A model generated the notes under the pieces. The model saw only the letters and a program-made list of their open reading frames with translations, searched no databases and was not told the origin of the DNA. From assembly GCA_002773135.1 (NCBI GenBank), contig PFCB01000016.1:1-57506 (forward strand): a stretch of DNA of 57,506 nucleotides, read 5' to 3'. Below are positions 1-8,258 of the stretch, piece after piece (position 1 is the stretch's first letter; every line of letters starts with the position of its first letter). A program made the position numbers and the translations under genes. The stretch comes from Candidatus Magasanikbacteria bacterium CG10_big_fil_rev_8_21_14_0_10_47_10 (GTDB taxonomy: Bacteria; Patescibacteriota; Patescibacteriia; Magasanikbacterales; UBA922).

Positions 1-1484
1 ATATTCTTCTCAACCACGGCCGGTTCAATTCTCTCGACAGGATCAGTTTTTACCGGTTGGATTTTTTTCACACCGTCAACAGGATTTGAAAGCGGGAGAA
101 TTTTCTTCTTTGCGAGCTGCTCACGCCATGTCTCACGTGTAAACAAGGTATCGCGCTCTGTTTCTTTACCGGTTTTGCTGGGACTTAGCCGAAGCATGCC
201 AAGATCATTAAGACCTACGACAGTGGCAATCTTGATGTTACCGTCGTCATCTTTCAAATAAAACTGGTCACCAATTTGTAGTTTTCCTTCATATCGATCA
301 AGCGTGACCTTAGCGCGCTCCGCGTTTTTCGTGACTGACAAATCCGTTGAGGAACTTCCTCCGACGTCTCCGGCGCCTTTCACATTTCCTTTGGCTTCAG
401 TCTCCTTCCTGCTATACAATTCAGCGTCCGAAAGCGATATTGGCACGCGCAGATTTTTATCCACAGCGTCCGAATTTGATGGCCAAAACTCCTTTTTCGC
501 AACAATAACAAATCTATCAGCCAGTTGTTCTGGAGTAACACCTCGCCCTGTTAGATCAGCTGTTAAGGCAGGCATCTGCCGAATTTTGTAGAGCAAATCT
601 GACAATGGGTAGGTATTTTTACCCACCTGTACATAGCAGACACCGTCCTTTAAACTTGTCTTTCCGCCAAACTGTGATTTGATCCATTCATCGATAAATG
701 TCTCCGTTTCGGCCTGCTCTTCTATACCATCGGTCTTTCCCTCGGTTCCACTACTGTCCGCCTGTTTCTCTGCCATTTCCTCCTGCGTACGTGCCGGCGG
801 ATGGAGCTTCATGCGCCGTAATGCGCCAACATCTGAAATCAAAAACGGCCGGCCTTTACCATCTTTTCTCTTTAATCTCACAGAACGCGCACCAGTATCA
901 ACAGCAACTATAATATACTCCCCTGTTCTGCCGCCTGTCGTTGTATAATCAACTTCATCGCCTGCATGCAAATCTTCCATGGGAAACGAAGTCTGCTCAG
1001 TCCCACTATCAGGGGGCGCCTCTGATGGTTCAATTGCAAGCTCCGCATCCGGTTGATCTTTTGGAGCAGCCACTCCGGGCTGTATATCCGCCTCACCTTC
1101 AAGGATAAAACGCTTCACGTCTCTCACAGTAATAGTGGTCCTTTTCTCGGCAATTTCCTCTAACAAAGATACTGCTGTTTTAAGACGATCCGCCCTGTCC
1201 ATGAGGAGATCAAATTTTCTTCTTAAATCCTGCACATCATGATCTTCAAAATCAACATTGTCGAAACGGTCAATGTCCTTTTTGAGCCGGTCAATCACAG
1301 GAATAAGTGATCGTGTACTTATTTTTTTTGTGAGTTCACGCGACATTGCAGTCAGAGCAGGCGGCAGCTGCTTGAGACTTTCCAGCATCCTGCGGTAATC
1401 CGGAGCAGCCGGCGGAACGCCGCGCGCCTCGGTAACTTTTTGTAATCCGGATTCAAATCGTTGATGTGGAGTTAGTTGAGCCAT
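1..1484 (-). CDS. Large hypothetical protein, 3'-truncated by the window edge (>=494 aa)
   Basis: Not in the ORF track because it has no stop in the window. ATG at 1484 (MAQLTPHQRFESGLQKV...); the frame was open in every segment I translated down to base 1. Confidence 0.8.
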   Translation of the reverse strand, partial: MAQLTPHQRFESGLQKVTEARGVPPAAPDYRRMLESLKQLPPALTAMSRELTKKISTRSLIPVIDRLKKDIDRFDNVDFEDHDVQDLRRKFDLLMDRADRLKTAVSLLEEIAEKRTTITVRDVKRFILEGEADIQPGVAAPKDQPDAELAIEPSEAPPDSGTEQTSFPMEDLHAGDEVDYTTTGGRTGEYIIVAVDTGARSVRLKRKDGKGRPFLISDVGALRRMKLHPPARTQEEMAEKQADSSGTEGKTDGIEEQAETETFIDEWIKSQFGGKTSLKDGVCYVQVGKNTYPLSDLLYKIRQMPALTADLTGRGVTPEQLADRFVIVAKKEFWPSNSDAVDKNLRVPISLSDAELYSRKETEAKGNVKGAGDVGGSSSTDLSVTKNAERAKVTLDRYEGKLQIGDQFYLKDDDGNIKIATVVGLNDLGMLRLSPSKTGKETERDTLFTRETWREQLAKKKILPLSNPVDGVKKIQPVKTDPVERIEPAVVEKN

Positions 1485-1493
1485 ATATAAAAA

Positions 1494-1679
1494 TTAATCT
1501 TCTTCTATCTCCAAAATATGTTCAAGCGTCCGCTTGGTTTCTATTTTTTCCTTATACGAACGAACGCGCTCGGATAGAGCGAGCGCGTCATCTGCCAACT
1601 GATCAATCTCGTCAGACAGCTGTGTATACAGCTTAGCGAGCTGCACTTTGTCTTCTTCTGTCAATGTTTGAGAAGGCAT
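1494..1679 (-). CDS. Small hypothetical protein (61 aa, probably coiled-coil)
   Basis: ORF track; tightly packed with co-oriented neighbours; helical, charged composition. Confidence 0.7.
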   Translation of the reverse strand: MPSQTLTEEDKVQLAKLYTQLSDEIDQLADDALALSERVRSYKEKIETKRTLEHILEIEED

Positions 1680-1685
1680 AGAACA

Positions 1686-2006
1686 CTACTTTGCCAAAAG
1701 CCGTTTTACATCTTCTGCAAACGACAGCAATATCATTTTTATTTTTTCATCAAAATTTGGTACTGCCATATACCAAAACTCTTGCCACTCTTCTGTGGTG
1801 GCGGCCGGCCTATCTAAAAGCTGACTAAAAGCATCCATTTTTTCTGTGTCCAATGTTGGAAGCAACTCAATGCCAATGCGCTGCTCCAGCTGTGACAAAA
1901 GCTGTGGAACATAAAAGTTCATCTGTTCTTCTGAAAGTTTCATGTCATTTTCTTGAAGCAGCTGAACTATGTACTCGCCTAAAAAATCTACCTGTGTCTG
2001 TGCCAT
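1686..2006 (-). CDS. Conserved CPR-type hypothetical protein (DUF5663-like)
   Basis: 106 aa acidic helical protein ending W..AVPNFDEKIK.IL..F, resembling small CPR proteins; family name from recall only. Confidence 0.55.
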   Translation of the reverse strand: MAQTQVDFLGEYIVQLLQENDMKLSEEQMNFYVPQLLSQLEQRIGIELLPTLDTEKMDAFSQLLDRPAATTEEWQEFWYMAVPNFDEKIKMILLSFAEDVKRLLAK

Positions 2007-2015
2007 AAAAATATA

Positions 2016-2630
2016 TTAAAGGACATTCTTTTTTCTCAATGAAATAGCAGCCATTGCAGCAGCCCCAACAAGAAAGCCAAGCACCGTATTCAATAGCAGG
2101 TTTGGCCGCACCGGCAGTTTGCTAACAACAGCATCATTAACCACCTTAATGGTTACATCGCCACCAACATATTCCCACCCTTTTTCAACAAGCGCAGTAA
2201 CAGCGGCAGTAGCGTACCGACGTGCCTGCTCTTGATTGGTGTGGTATGCGCTTACATTTAATACCCCTGTTCCAAATACAACAGATGCATCAATTGTTTT
2301 TTCCCAACGCTGTCTGCGTGTTAACTCCGGAACATTTTCAAACCGACTGGTATCTAACCCAAGCTGGCGCTGTTCAACCACCTTTTCAAAAAAGTCAGTT
2401 GTTTTGACAACTTGTGAAATGTTTTGTCCGACTCGCTCTGCAGAACGGACAACCGTATATGGATCAACACCATAGCGGGATTGCGAAATAATCAGCACTT
2501 GCGCGTCTGCACGGTACTGCAGCGGAAACAGCAAGCTAATAAGCAACGTAACAAGCGCGACAATAACACCTGTCATAAAAATGACCTTACTGCGTTTTTT
2601 TAAAACGCGAGCCGGATTGGTGTGAAACAT
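2016..2630 (-). CDS. Wzz/YveK-like chain-length determinant family membrane protein
   Basis: N-terminal TM followed by P.QYRADAQVLI, and C-terminal PVRPNLLLNTVLGFLVG TM motif. Start is ambiguous (2669 or 2630). Confidence 0.75.
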   Translation of the reverse strand: MFHTNPARVLKKRSKVIFMTGVIVALVTLLISLLFPLQYRADAQVLIISQSRYGVDPYTVVRSAERVGQNISQVVKTTDFFEKVVEQRQLGLDTSRFENVPELTRRQRWEKTIDASVVFGTGVLNVSAYHTNQEQARRYATAAVTALVEKGWEYVGGDVTIKVVNDAVVSKLPVRPNLLLNTVLGFLVGAAAMAAISLRKKNVL

Positions 2631-2695
2631 AAAAATATGCAAAAAATACAGATATAAAAATATGAGCAATAAGGATACTCTCTACAAAAAAATCC

Positions 2696-3772
2696 TTATA
2701 AAGAAACGTATTGTTGTGCCACAACAACAGTGGTCGATTCTCCTTTTCGAAGTATACCAAACTTCACAGGATCTGTCGCCTCAAGAAGATACTTTGCTGT
2801 GAATTCACTATCAAACGGTTGATCATCAACGTGTGTAATAATGTCACCCACAGCAAGTGTTGATGCAGATGCTTTGCCAACAGCATGTGTCACAAAAAAA
2901 GCCGGCGCATGTATCACCCGATCGCCCTGCTGATATGCCTCAACAGATGAACCGCTTACCGGGACAGCAAAATACGAAACAATTTTATTTTCAAAAAGTG
3001 AAGGAACTTGCAGATTAATCTGCCAACTTTCTACAATCGTTCCATCTTCTGACACAATGCCAACCAGTACACCGGACGAATTCAATAGTAAATCTCCCGA
3101 GTGAATTTCATCGCCAATGACTTTCAGAAATGATTGTGGTTCCCAAATAGGAAGTGTTTGTACTGAATCTTTCAGGTGTCGTGTACTAACGGACACGCCT
3201 GCAAAGTGCTGAATATCAAATGCGTAAAACTGACCAGACGGATCGTCCTTCCAATCAAAAAATGATATATCCCCACGAAATCCATCACCAACGATCTTAA
3301 AATACACAAGATCATTCAATGTATCATGAATAGCTTGCTGCACTTTTACGATATCACCTTGCGCAGTTACAACAAGCCACTTTTTTCCCGCCCCAATACG
3401 ATATTCTGGAATGTATGCGACTGACCAGCCTTCTGCATTTAATACAGCTGCCGGCGCAATAAATGAATCCGGCAAAAAAACTCCTTCCGGTGTTTGTTTG
3501 TCTGCATTGTAAATACCGACGCTACGCTGGCGGACCTGTTGCTCTATAAGTAGATCAAGCGGAGAAATTTCTGTTGACGCAGGAGATGCCTGTCGTAAAA
3601 ACGTATTTGTTCGAACTGTGCTTCCACCACTTGGTGTAATCCATGCGACTGTGGCAAGTGTTCCGGCGATTGCACTAGAAAAGGCCAAAAAAGCAATCAT
3701 TACGAATAAAAAAATAACACGCGGTGAGTCGATATCAAAATCTTTTTTTGGTAAATGTGGTGCTTGCTTCAT
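2696..3772 (-). CDS. Membrane-anchored degenerate trypsin-like (S1C) protein with C-terminal PDZ
   Basis: N-terminal TM; SGDLLLNSSGVLVGIV resembles the HtrA GNSGGPL.N..G.VVGI motif; PDZ-like LAVGDIITHVDD...ILRKGE. Confidence 0.65.
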   Translation of the reverse strand: MKQAPHLPKKDFDIDSPRVIFLFVMIAFLAFSSAIAGTLATVAWITPSGGSTVRTNTFLRQASPASTEISPLDLLIEQQVRQRSVGIYNADKQTPEGVFLPDSFIAPAAVLNAEGWSVAYIPEYRIGAGKKWLVVTAQGDIVKVQQAIHDTLNDLVYFKIVGDGFRGDISFFDWKDDPSGQFYAFDIQHFAGVSVSTRHLKDSVQTLPIWEPQSFLKVIGDEIHSGDLLLNSSGVLVGIVSEDGTIVESWQINLQVPSLFENKIVSYFAVPVSGSSVEAYQQGDRVIHAPAFFVTHAVGKASASTLAVGDIITHVDDQPFDSEFTAKYLLEATDPVKFGILRKGESTTVVVAQQYVSL

Positions 3773-3797
3773 ACACGTTTAAACGACACGAAACATC

Positions 3798-3840
3798 CAA
3801 AACGACACTAGAGTCTAGACTTGTGTTTAGGTTCTAGATT
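3798..3840. repeat. Dispersed intergenic ~40 bp repeat, copy 1
   Basis: aaacgacactagagtctagacttgtgtttaggttctaga matches the reverse complement of 29151-29190 at 37/39 positions; a looser copy is at 5257-5296. Confidence 0.85.
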
Positions 3841-3862
3841 CTTGGAGTTTTGACTCTTTCTC

Positions 3863-4639
3863 TTACACCCAGCGAACAAAAAATACAAGGAGGGCGATAT
3901 ACAGAATACTATTGACAATAAGAAACTTTATTTGACTCTTCCAAAGAATGCCCTTTGTACTAAAATGAAACCGTACAAGGAGCTGGATAATATACCAAAT
4001 CCATACTAAAAGCAACCCCAGCACTGTATAGGCAAATGGCAGCAAATGAAGCACCCACATGAGCTCCATTGTGGCAATCGAAACAATAACCGTCCAAATG
4101 AAAAATGACTGCACTTTTGCGGCAAAATACTCACTCCAAATCATAATTGTGACAGCAGCAATGAAAAAACCTGAGAAAATATTAAGGACAATAAATAGTA
4201 TGCTTGAAGGGAAAAAAGCTCCAAGAGCAAAAATAAAGGTAAACAATGCATACACATCAAAAACCCAAAGCATCATGGCAAAACGCCGCAACGGTTTGTG
4301 TGAGTATGATATTTCAGGTGGGCTGATAAGATACCAGCCAAACAAAATTGCCAAAATACCGGCTGTTAACAGAGACAAAAATACGCGAACCTGTGTCACT
4401 TCAACCACAATAATAAGACCTGTCATGCACAGAATGGTCGTTATTGATTGCCAAAAAACGTCCTTGGGAATCCTATCTGCTCGCTGAAAAATCCATGCAA
4501 TGCTCGCCACGATGCACACCCAAACAAAAAGAACAGGAAGCATAACCTTGGCTGTGCTGAAACGCTCCAGCACAGTAAGCGCAGCAAGGCTGATGGTGCC
4601 AATAAATATGCCAAGCGCGTATGGCTGATATTTTCTCAT
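3863..4639 (-). CDS. Polytopic membrane protein of unknown function
   Basis: About 8-9 hydrophobic segments; likely start MRKYQPY at 4639 (ORF track extends to 4717). Confidence 0.75.
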   Translation of the reverse strand: MRKYQPYALGIFIGTISLAALTVLERFSTAKVMLPVLFVWVCIVASIAWIFQRADRIPKDVFWQSITTILCMTGLIIVVEVTQVRVFLSLLTAGILAILFGWYLISPPEISYSHKPLRRFAMMLWVFDVYALFTFIFALGAFFPSSILFIVLNIFSGFFIAAVTIMIWSEYFAAKVQSFFIWTVIVSIATMELMWVLHLLPFAYTVLGLLLVWIWYIIQLLVRFHFSTKGILWKSQIKFLIVNSILYIALLVFFVRWV

Positions 4640-4802
4640 ATTGTGTAATTTTGCTTGAAAAAGGGGCGTAGATAGTATACAGTAAATAACGCAATGGCCA
4701 AATAGACGAATGACCAAGTATCAAGCACAAATGACAAAAATGTACTTGAAGATTGATCATTCATTTGTTCATTTGAATTTGGTCATTTGAATTTCTTTTT
4801 TT

Positions 4803-5252
4803 ATGCCCGTTTACGCAAAGAACAAAAAAGCCTACCACGACTATGAAATTCTCGAAACACTTGAGGCTGGCTTAGTGCTAGACGGCCACGAGGTAAAAGC
4901 TGTACGAAATGGGCAAATGAAGCTCTCTGGCGGCTATGTGACCTTTCACAATGAAGAAGCCTACCTGACTAACGCACATATTTCAAGATACAAATTTACC
5001 GGGACTCTTGAGGCATATGATCCTGATAAAAGTAGAAAATTACTGCTAAAAAAGTCAGAAATAGCTTATTTAAGCGGAAAATCCAAAGAAAGAGGCTTGA
5101 CAATTGTACCACTTTCAGTATATACTAGCGGTCGTCATATCAAGCTTCAAATTGGGGTTGCCCGAGGAAAAAAGCTATATGACAAGCGCGAAAAGATCAA
5201 AGAACGTGATCTCAAACGCCAGGAGCAAATATTCCTTAAAAAACAGCACTAG
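4803..5252 (+). CDS. smpB: SsrA-binding protein SmpB
   Basis: NKKAYHDYEILETLEAGLVL.G.EVK, KSRKLLLKK.EI, GKKLYDKRE motifs; adjacent to tmRNA. Confidence 0.98.
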   Translation: MPVYAKNKKAYHDYEILETLEAGLVLDGHEVKAVRNGQMKLSGGYVTFHNEEAYLTNAHISRYKFTGTLEAYDPDKSRKLLLKKSEIAYLSGKSKERGLTIVPLSVYTSGRHIKLQIGVARGKKLYDKREKIKERDLKRQEQIFLKKQH

Positions 5253-5256
5253 ATGT

Positions 5257-5296
5257 CAAAACGACACTAGAATCTAGATAATTGTTTAGGTTGTAG
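5257..5296. repeat. Dispersed intergenic repeat, copy 2 (diverged)
   Basis: caaaacgacactagaatctagataattgtttaggttgtag is similar to 3798-3840. Confidence 0.7.
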
Positions 5297-5328
5297 TGTT
5301 GTCTTGAGATCTTGAATCTCAAAACAAT

Positions 5329-5719
5329 GGGGATGACAGGCTTCGATAGACGGATCCTGTTATCTGTATTTGCGTGTCGAGGGTGGCTTCCCTCGTACTC
5401 CAAAGCCAATCGATACGTGCAAACGTTATCACCCGAGCAAAGAACGCGTTGGCGCAAGCTTTTAGCGTTCCACAACTCGCAGCTGTTGTCGCGTAATTGC
5501 CACAACCATCGCTCTGATCATACTCGATAGTCAGAAACCGGTGTCAACCCAATCGAGCGTAGATGCGTGTGCCGCCTGATCACACCCATTGAACTCCTAT
5601 TCGGGCGCCTCTTGCACATTTTGTCACTTTCCAAAGTGTTAAGAGTACACAAATTGACTACACACGTAGACGGTACAGATAACCCGCGCTAGACCCGAGT
5701 TCAATTCTCGGCATCTCCA
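5329..5719 (+). ncRNA. ssrA: tmRNA; tag ORF 5419-5496 encodes ANVITRAKNALAQAFSVPQLAAVVA*
   Basis: 5' GGGGATG pairs with 3' CATCTCC+A; T arm ccgag-ttcaatt-ctcgg; GCA AAC resume codons; lies directly after smpB. CCA is not encoded. Confidence 0.95.
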
Positions 5720-5841
5720 CGAAAAATGGCGCAGCCATTTTGAGTGTCACGTGAGACCCGCAGGGTCTTTTACGTGACATCGTTACAATATTGACCAACG
5801 GCGCCATCTCGTGGCTCGCCGTGTGTATCAAAGAAGGGGCT

Positions 5842-6162
5842 ATGTATTATATTGTTTATGTACTTCAATCAAAAAAATACCCACACCGCAAGTACATTGG
5901 CTACACGGCAAATTTACAAAAAAGAGTGAAGATACATAATAGCGGGATGGTACACTCCACAAAAAAATGGAAACCTTGGATTCCTATTTATGCAGAGATG
6001 TACCTGGAAAAGCTGGACGCTCTTGGTAGAGAAAGATTTTTGAAGAGCGGATCAGGATGGAAATATATAAAAAAACAATTACGACACTATTTGAAACACC
6101 ATGAGAATCTCACGAAAGAAGCGACCAAAAAAACTATTGATCCCACACTACGCGATCAATAG
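5842..6162 (+). CDS. Small stand-alone GIY-YIG nuclease (UPF0213/YhbQ-like)
   Basis: YIVYVLQS...KYIGYT.NL.KR...HN.G...TK..KPW...Y.E......A..RE..LK motif set. Likely start ATG 5842; the 3' end overlaps infC by 62 nt. Confidence 0.9.
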   Translation: MYYIVYVLQSKKYPHRKYIGYTANLQKRVKIHNSGMVHSTKKWKPWIPIYAEMYLEKLDALGRERFLKSGSGWKYIKKQLRHYLKHHENLTKEATKKTIDPTLRDQ

Positions 6163-6649
6163 CAAAATTAGAACTGAACATGTTCGCGTTATTGACGTTG
6201 ACGGAAAAAATTTGGGTGTCATGTCAACAGCAGATGCCATTGCGCTGGCAAAAGAAAAAGAATTTGATTTGGTTGAAATCAACCCAAAGTCAGACCCACC
6301 TGTCGCGCAGATTACGGATTTTACGCATTTGAAATATCAAAAGGAAAAAGAAGCGCGCAAGCAGAAACAAAATACACGCTTGGGAGAAATCAAAGGAATC
6401 CGGCTATCCGTTCGCATTGGTAAGGGTGACATTGAGACCAGACGAAAACAATCGGAACGATTTCTGGAACGGGGTGACAAAGTCAAGCTGGAAATTATAC
6501 TGCGCGGCGCGGAACGGTTCAAAACCCCACTGGCCTACGAGGTCATCAGAAATTTCTATGCCCTCTTAAACGAAACATTTCCGGTCAAATATGAACAAGA
6601 GGCCACCCGCCAAGGAAACAAAATCACGGCAATTCTAGTAAAGAAATAA
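6101..6649 (+). CDS. infC: Translation initiation factor IF-3
   Basis: INSKIR.EHVRVID.DG.NLGVM, DLVEINPKSDPPV, K.IRLSVRIG.GD, GDKVK motifs. Confidence 0.97.
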   Translation: MRISRKKRPKKLLIPHYAINSKIRTEHVRVIDVDGKNLGVMSTADAIALAKEKEFDLVEINPKSDPPVAQITDFTHLKYQKEKEARKQKQNTRLGEIKGIRLSVRIGKGDIETRRKQSERFLERGDKVKLEIILRGAERFKTPLAYEVIRNFYALLNETFPVKYEQEATRQGNKITAILVKK

Positions 6650-6663
6650 GTGGATAGATAGGC

Positions 6664-6692
6664 TTGACGGATTGATCATTTTGCTATATAAT
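6664..6692 (+). promoter_or_regulatory. Sigma70-type promoter for rpmI-rplT
   Basis: TTGACG (6664-6669), 17 nt spacer, TATAAT (6687-6692). Confidence 0.8.
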
Positions 6693-6759
6693 CATGCAAC
6701 CTTACGACAATGACCTTTTGGTATTAGTGTCGTTTTAGCTGTTTTGAATCTCTACAGGT

Positions 6760-6966
6760 ATGCCAAAAATGAAGACCCACAAAGCAACAGCCAAGCGATT
6801 TGTGATCAAACGATCAAAATCAGGCACAAAGATTATCAAAAGAATGGATGGCCAGGATCATTTTAATTCACGAGAATCCGGAAAAATAAAGCGCAATAAG
6901 CGCTCTGACGTTGTCATGTCCAATGCAAATCGTAAAACCATTGAACGGGCCATGCCAAACAGCTAA
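6760..6966 (+). CDS. rpmI: 50S ribosomal protein L35
   Basis: MPKMKTHKATAKRF; basic, 68 aa; directly upstream of rplT. Confidence 0.95.
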   Translation: MPKMKTHKATAKRFVIKRSKSGTKIIKRMDGQDHFNSRESGKIKRNKRSDVVMSNANRKTIERAMPNS

Positions 6967-6969
6967 CAT

Positions 6970-7314
6970 ATGTCTAGAGTAAAACGGGGTACAACCCATA
7001 CAAAAAAAAGGCGCGCACTGATGAAACGCGTGAAGGGATTCCGAGGAAGACGAGGAAACCTTTTGAAGCTGGCAAAAACAGCAGATATTCGCGCTGGCAT
7101 GCATGCCTACCGCGACAGACGCGTAAAAAAACGCACCTTCCGCCAGCTGTGGCAAGTCCGCATCAATGCAGCTGCCAGAGCAGCCGGTACCAGCTACAGC
7201 AAGCTAATGGGAGCGTTCAAAGAAAAGAATGTCGGTTTGGACAGAAAAGTTTTGTCTGAAATCGCAGACAAATATCCTGCAGTCTTTACAAAACTGGTGG
7301 ACCACACAAAATAA
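6970..7314 (+). CDS. rplT: 50S ribosomal protein L20
   Basis: MSRVKRG, AYRDRR.KKR.FR.LW..RINAAAR, LDRKVLSEIA. Confidence 0.98.
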   Translation: MSRVKRGTTHTKKRRALMKRVKGFRGRRGNLLKLAKTADIRAGMHAYRDRRVKKRTFRQLWQVRINAAARAAGTSYSKLMGAFKEKNVGLDRKVLSEIADKYPAVFTKLVDHTK

Positions 7315-7322
7315 ATTGAAAC

Positions 7323-7411
7323 AAACGGCCTTTACTGTGTTCGGTGCTGAGCGGAGGTACCCCCTCCTTTACCTCTATGCTCGTGCCGAACACCGTGAAG
7401 GTCGTTTTTTT
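7323..7411 (+). ncRNA. Long imperfect hairpin ending in a U-tract (candidate structured RNA or extended terminator)
   Basis: Arms of ~37 nt (aaacggcctttactgtgttcggtgctgagcggaggta / tacctctatgctcgtgccgaacaccgtgaaggtcgttt); four arm differences are G.U pairs on the + strand. Confidence 0.55.
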
Positions 7412-7415
7412 GTTG

Positions 7416-7424
7416 TGCTATAAT
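7416..7424 (+). promoter_or_regulatory. Extended -10 promoter for the HEXXH protein
   Basis: TG-c-TATAAT ending 9 nt before ATG 7434, implying a nearly leaderless mRNA. Confidence 0.55.
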
Positions 7425-7433
7425 GGATGTGCT

Positions 7434-7895
7434 ATGTCTAAGCTGAACTACAACAAAAGCAATCGAATACAAAAAATAAAATTCCGTATCTCAGATCGCG
7501 CTCAGATGCTCACAACACGTCTACTTTGTTCCAATGAAACCAACCTGAGACAAGCACTTTCTACAGATTTGCTTGATGAGCTTTGTGACTTTGCCGAAAT
7601 TGGTATTTGTAATGCAAAAATATCCGACGCAAAGCAATATCATAAAAAAAGAAATGGCCGCGTCAGCTTTAAGCAGTATGGGTATTACAAACCGGGCTCC
7701 AAGTACATTTATATCAATAACAGAACCGCTGTCCGTGGCAGTCTATTGGCCCCCAAAACCTTTGTTGATACATTGCTGCATGAATGGATGCACCACTACG
7801 ACTTTGAAAAGCTGGGGCTCAACTCAATTCATACAGCCGGCTTTTATGCTCGGCTCAAAGATATTAAGGAAAAACTGGGGTATTTTGACGCTTGA
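7434..7895 (+). CDS. SprT-like zinc metalloprotease-domain protein
   Basis: TLLHEWMHHYD (HEXXH) and downstream IHTAGFY motif; likely start MSKLNY. Confidence 0.75.
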   Translation: MSKLNYNKSNRIQKIKFRISDRAQMLTTRLLCSNETNLRQALSTDLLDELCDFAEIGICNAKISDAKQYHKKRNGRVSFKQYGYYKPGSKYIYINNRTAVRGSLLAPKTFVDTLLHEWMHHYDFEKLGLNSIHTAGFYARLKDIKEKLGYFDA

Positions 7896-7920
7896 CAAAC
7901 AGCATTTACCGTAGTATCAT
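7892..7920 (+). promoter_or_regulatory. Sigma70-type promoter for the small basic ORF and tRNA-Asp
   Basis: TTGACA (7892-7897), 17 nt spacer, TATCAT (7915-7920). Confidence 0.75.
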
Positions 7921-8025
7921 GTGGAGGCTACTTTACAAATTGGTTCTTTTTCATAGTCCCACACGTGCATTATGAATGTCGGCTTTCTATGAAATAAGAA
8001 CTTCAAACTATGAACGTATATGGGA

Positions 8026-8166
8026 ATGAGAAAAAAGAACAACCAAAAAGAGGCGCAGCGACGCCTTGTTGCCAAGAAAAAACGCAACAAAAAAAAGATT
8101 AAACGCGCTGCCAAGGCGCCAACAGCTGGACAAACACTGCACAAAACCATGCATAGTACAAAATAA
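8026..8166 (+). CDS. Unannotated 46 aa Lys/Arg-rich peptide MRKKNNQKEAQRRLVAKKKRNKKKIKRAAKAPTAGQTLHKTMHSTK
   Basis: Translated by hand; below the ORF-track cutoff; lies downstream of a consensus promoter. Confidence 0.55.
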   Translation: MRKKNNQKEAQRRLVAKKKRNKKKIKRAAKAPTAGQTLHKTMHSTK

Positions 8167-8186
8167 CAGGTATCCCCTGTTATCCT

Positions 8187-8232
8187 GGACCGGTAGTTCC
8201 CGCCAGAGGCGGAGCCGTCCTTCAGCGGACAA
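8187..8232 (+). repeat. Partial 5' copy of tRNA-Asp with the D-loop replaced by a palindrome
   Basis: ggaccggtagttc is identical to the first 13 nt of the tRNA, followed by ccgcc-aga-ggcgg, agc, then gtcc-ttcagc-ggac. Confidence 0.75.
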
Positions 8233-8258
8233 CAGGTCATTAAGATAGAGAAAAAGGC

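Noticed and set aside
5236-5530. ORFs overlapping tmRNA on both strands
   Set aside because: They are explained by ssrA; the real tag is in a different frame from the 5312 ORF.
7323-7411. SRP RNA or 6S RNA identity for the long hairpin
   Set aside because: It lacks the SRP helix-8 GNRA/CAGG-AGCA motif and is too short, with no central bubble, for 6S.
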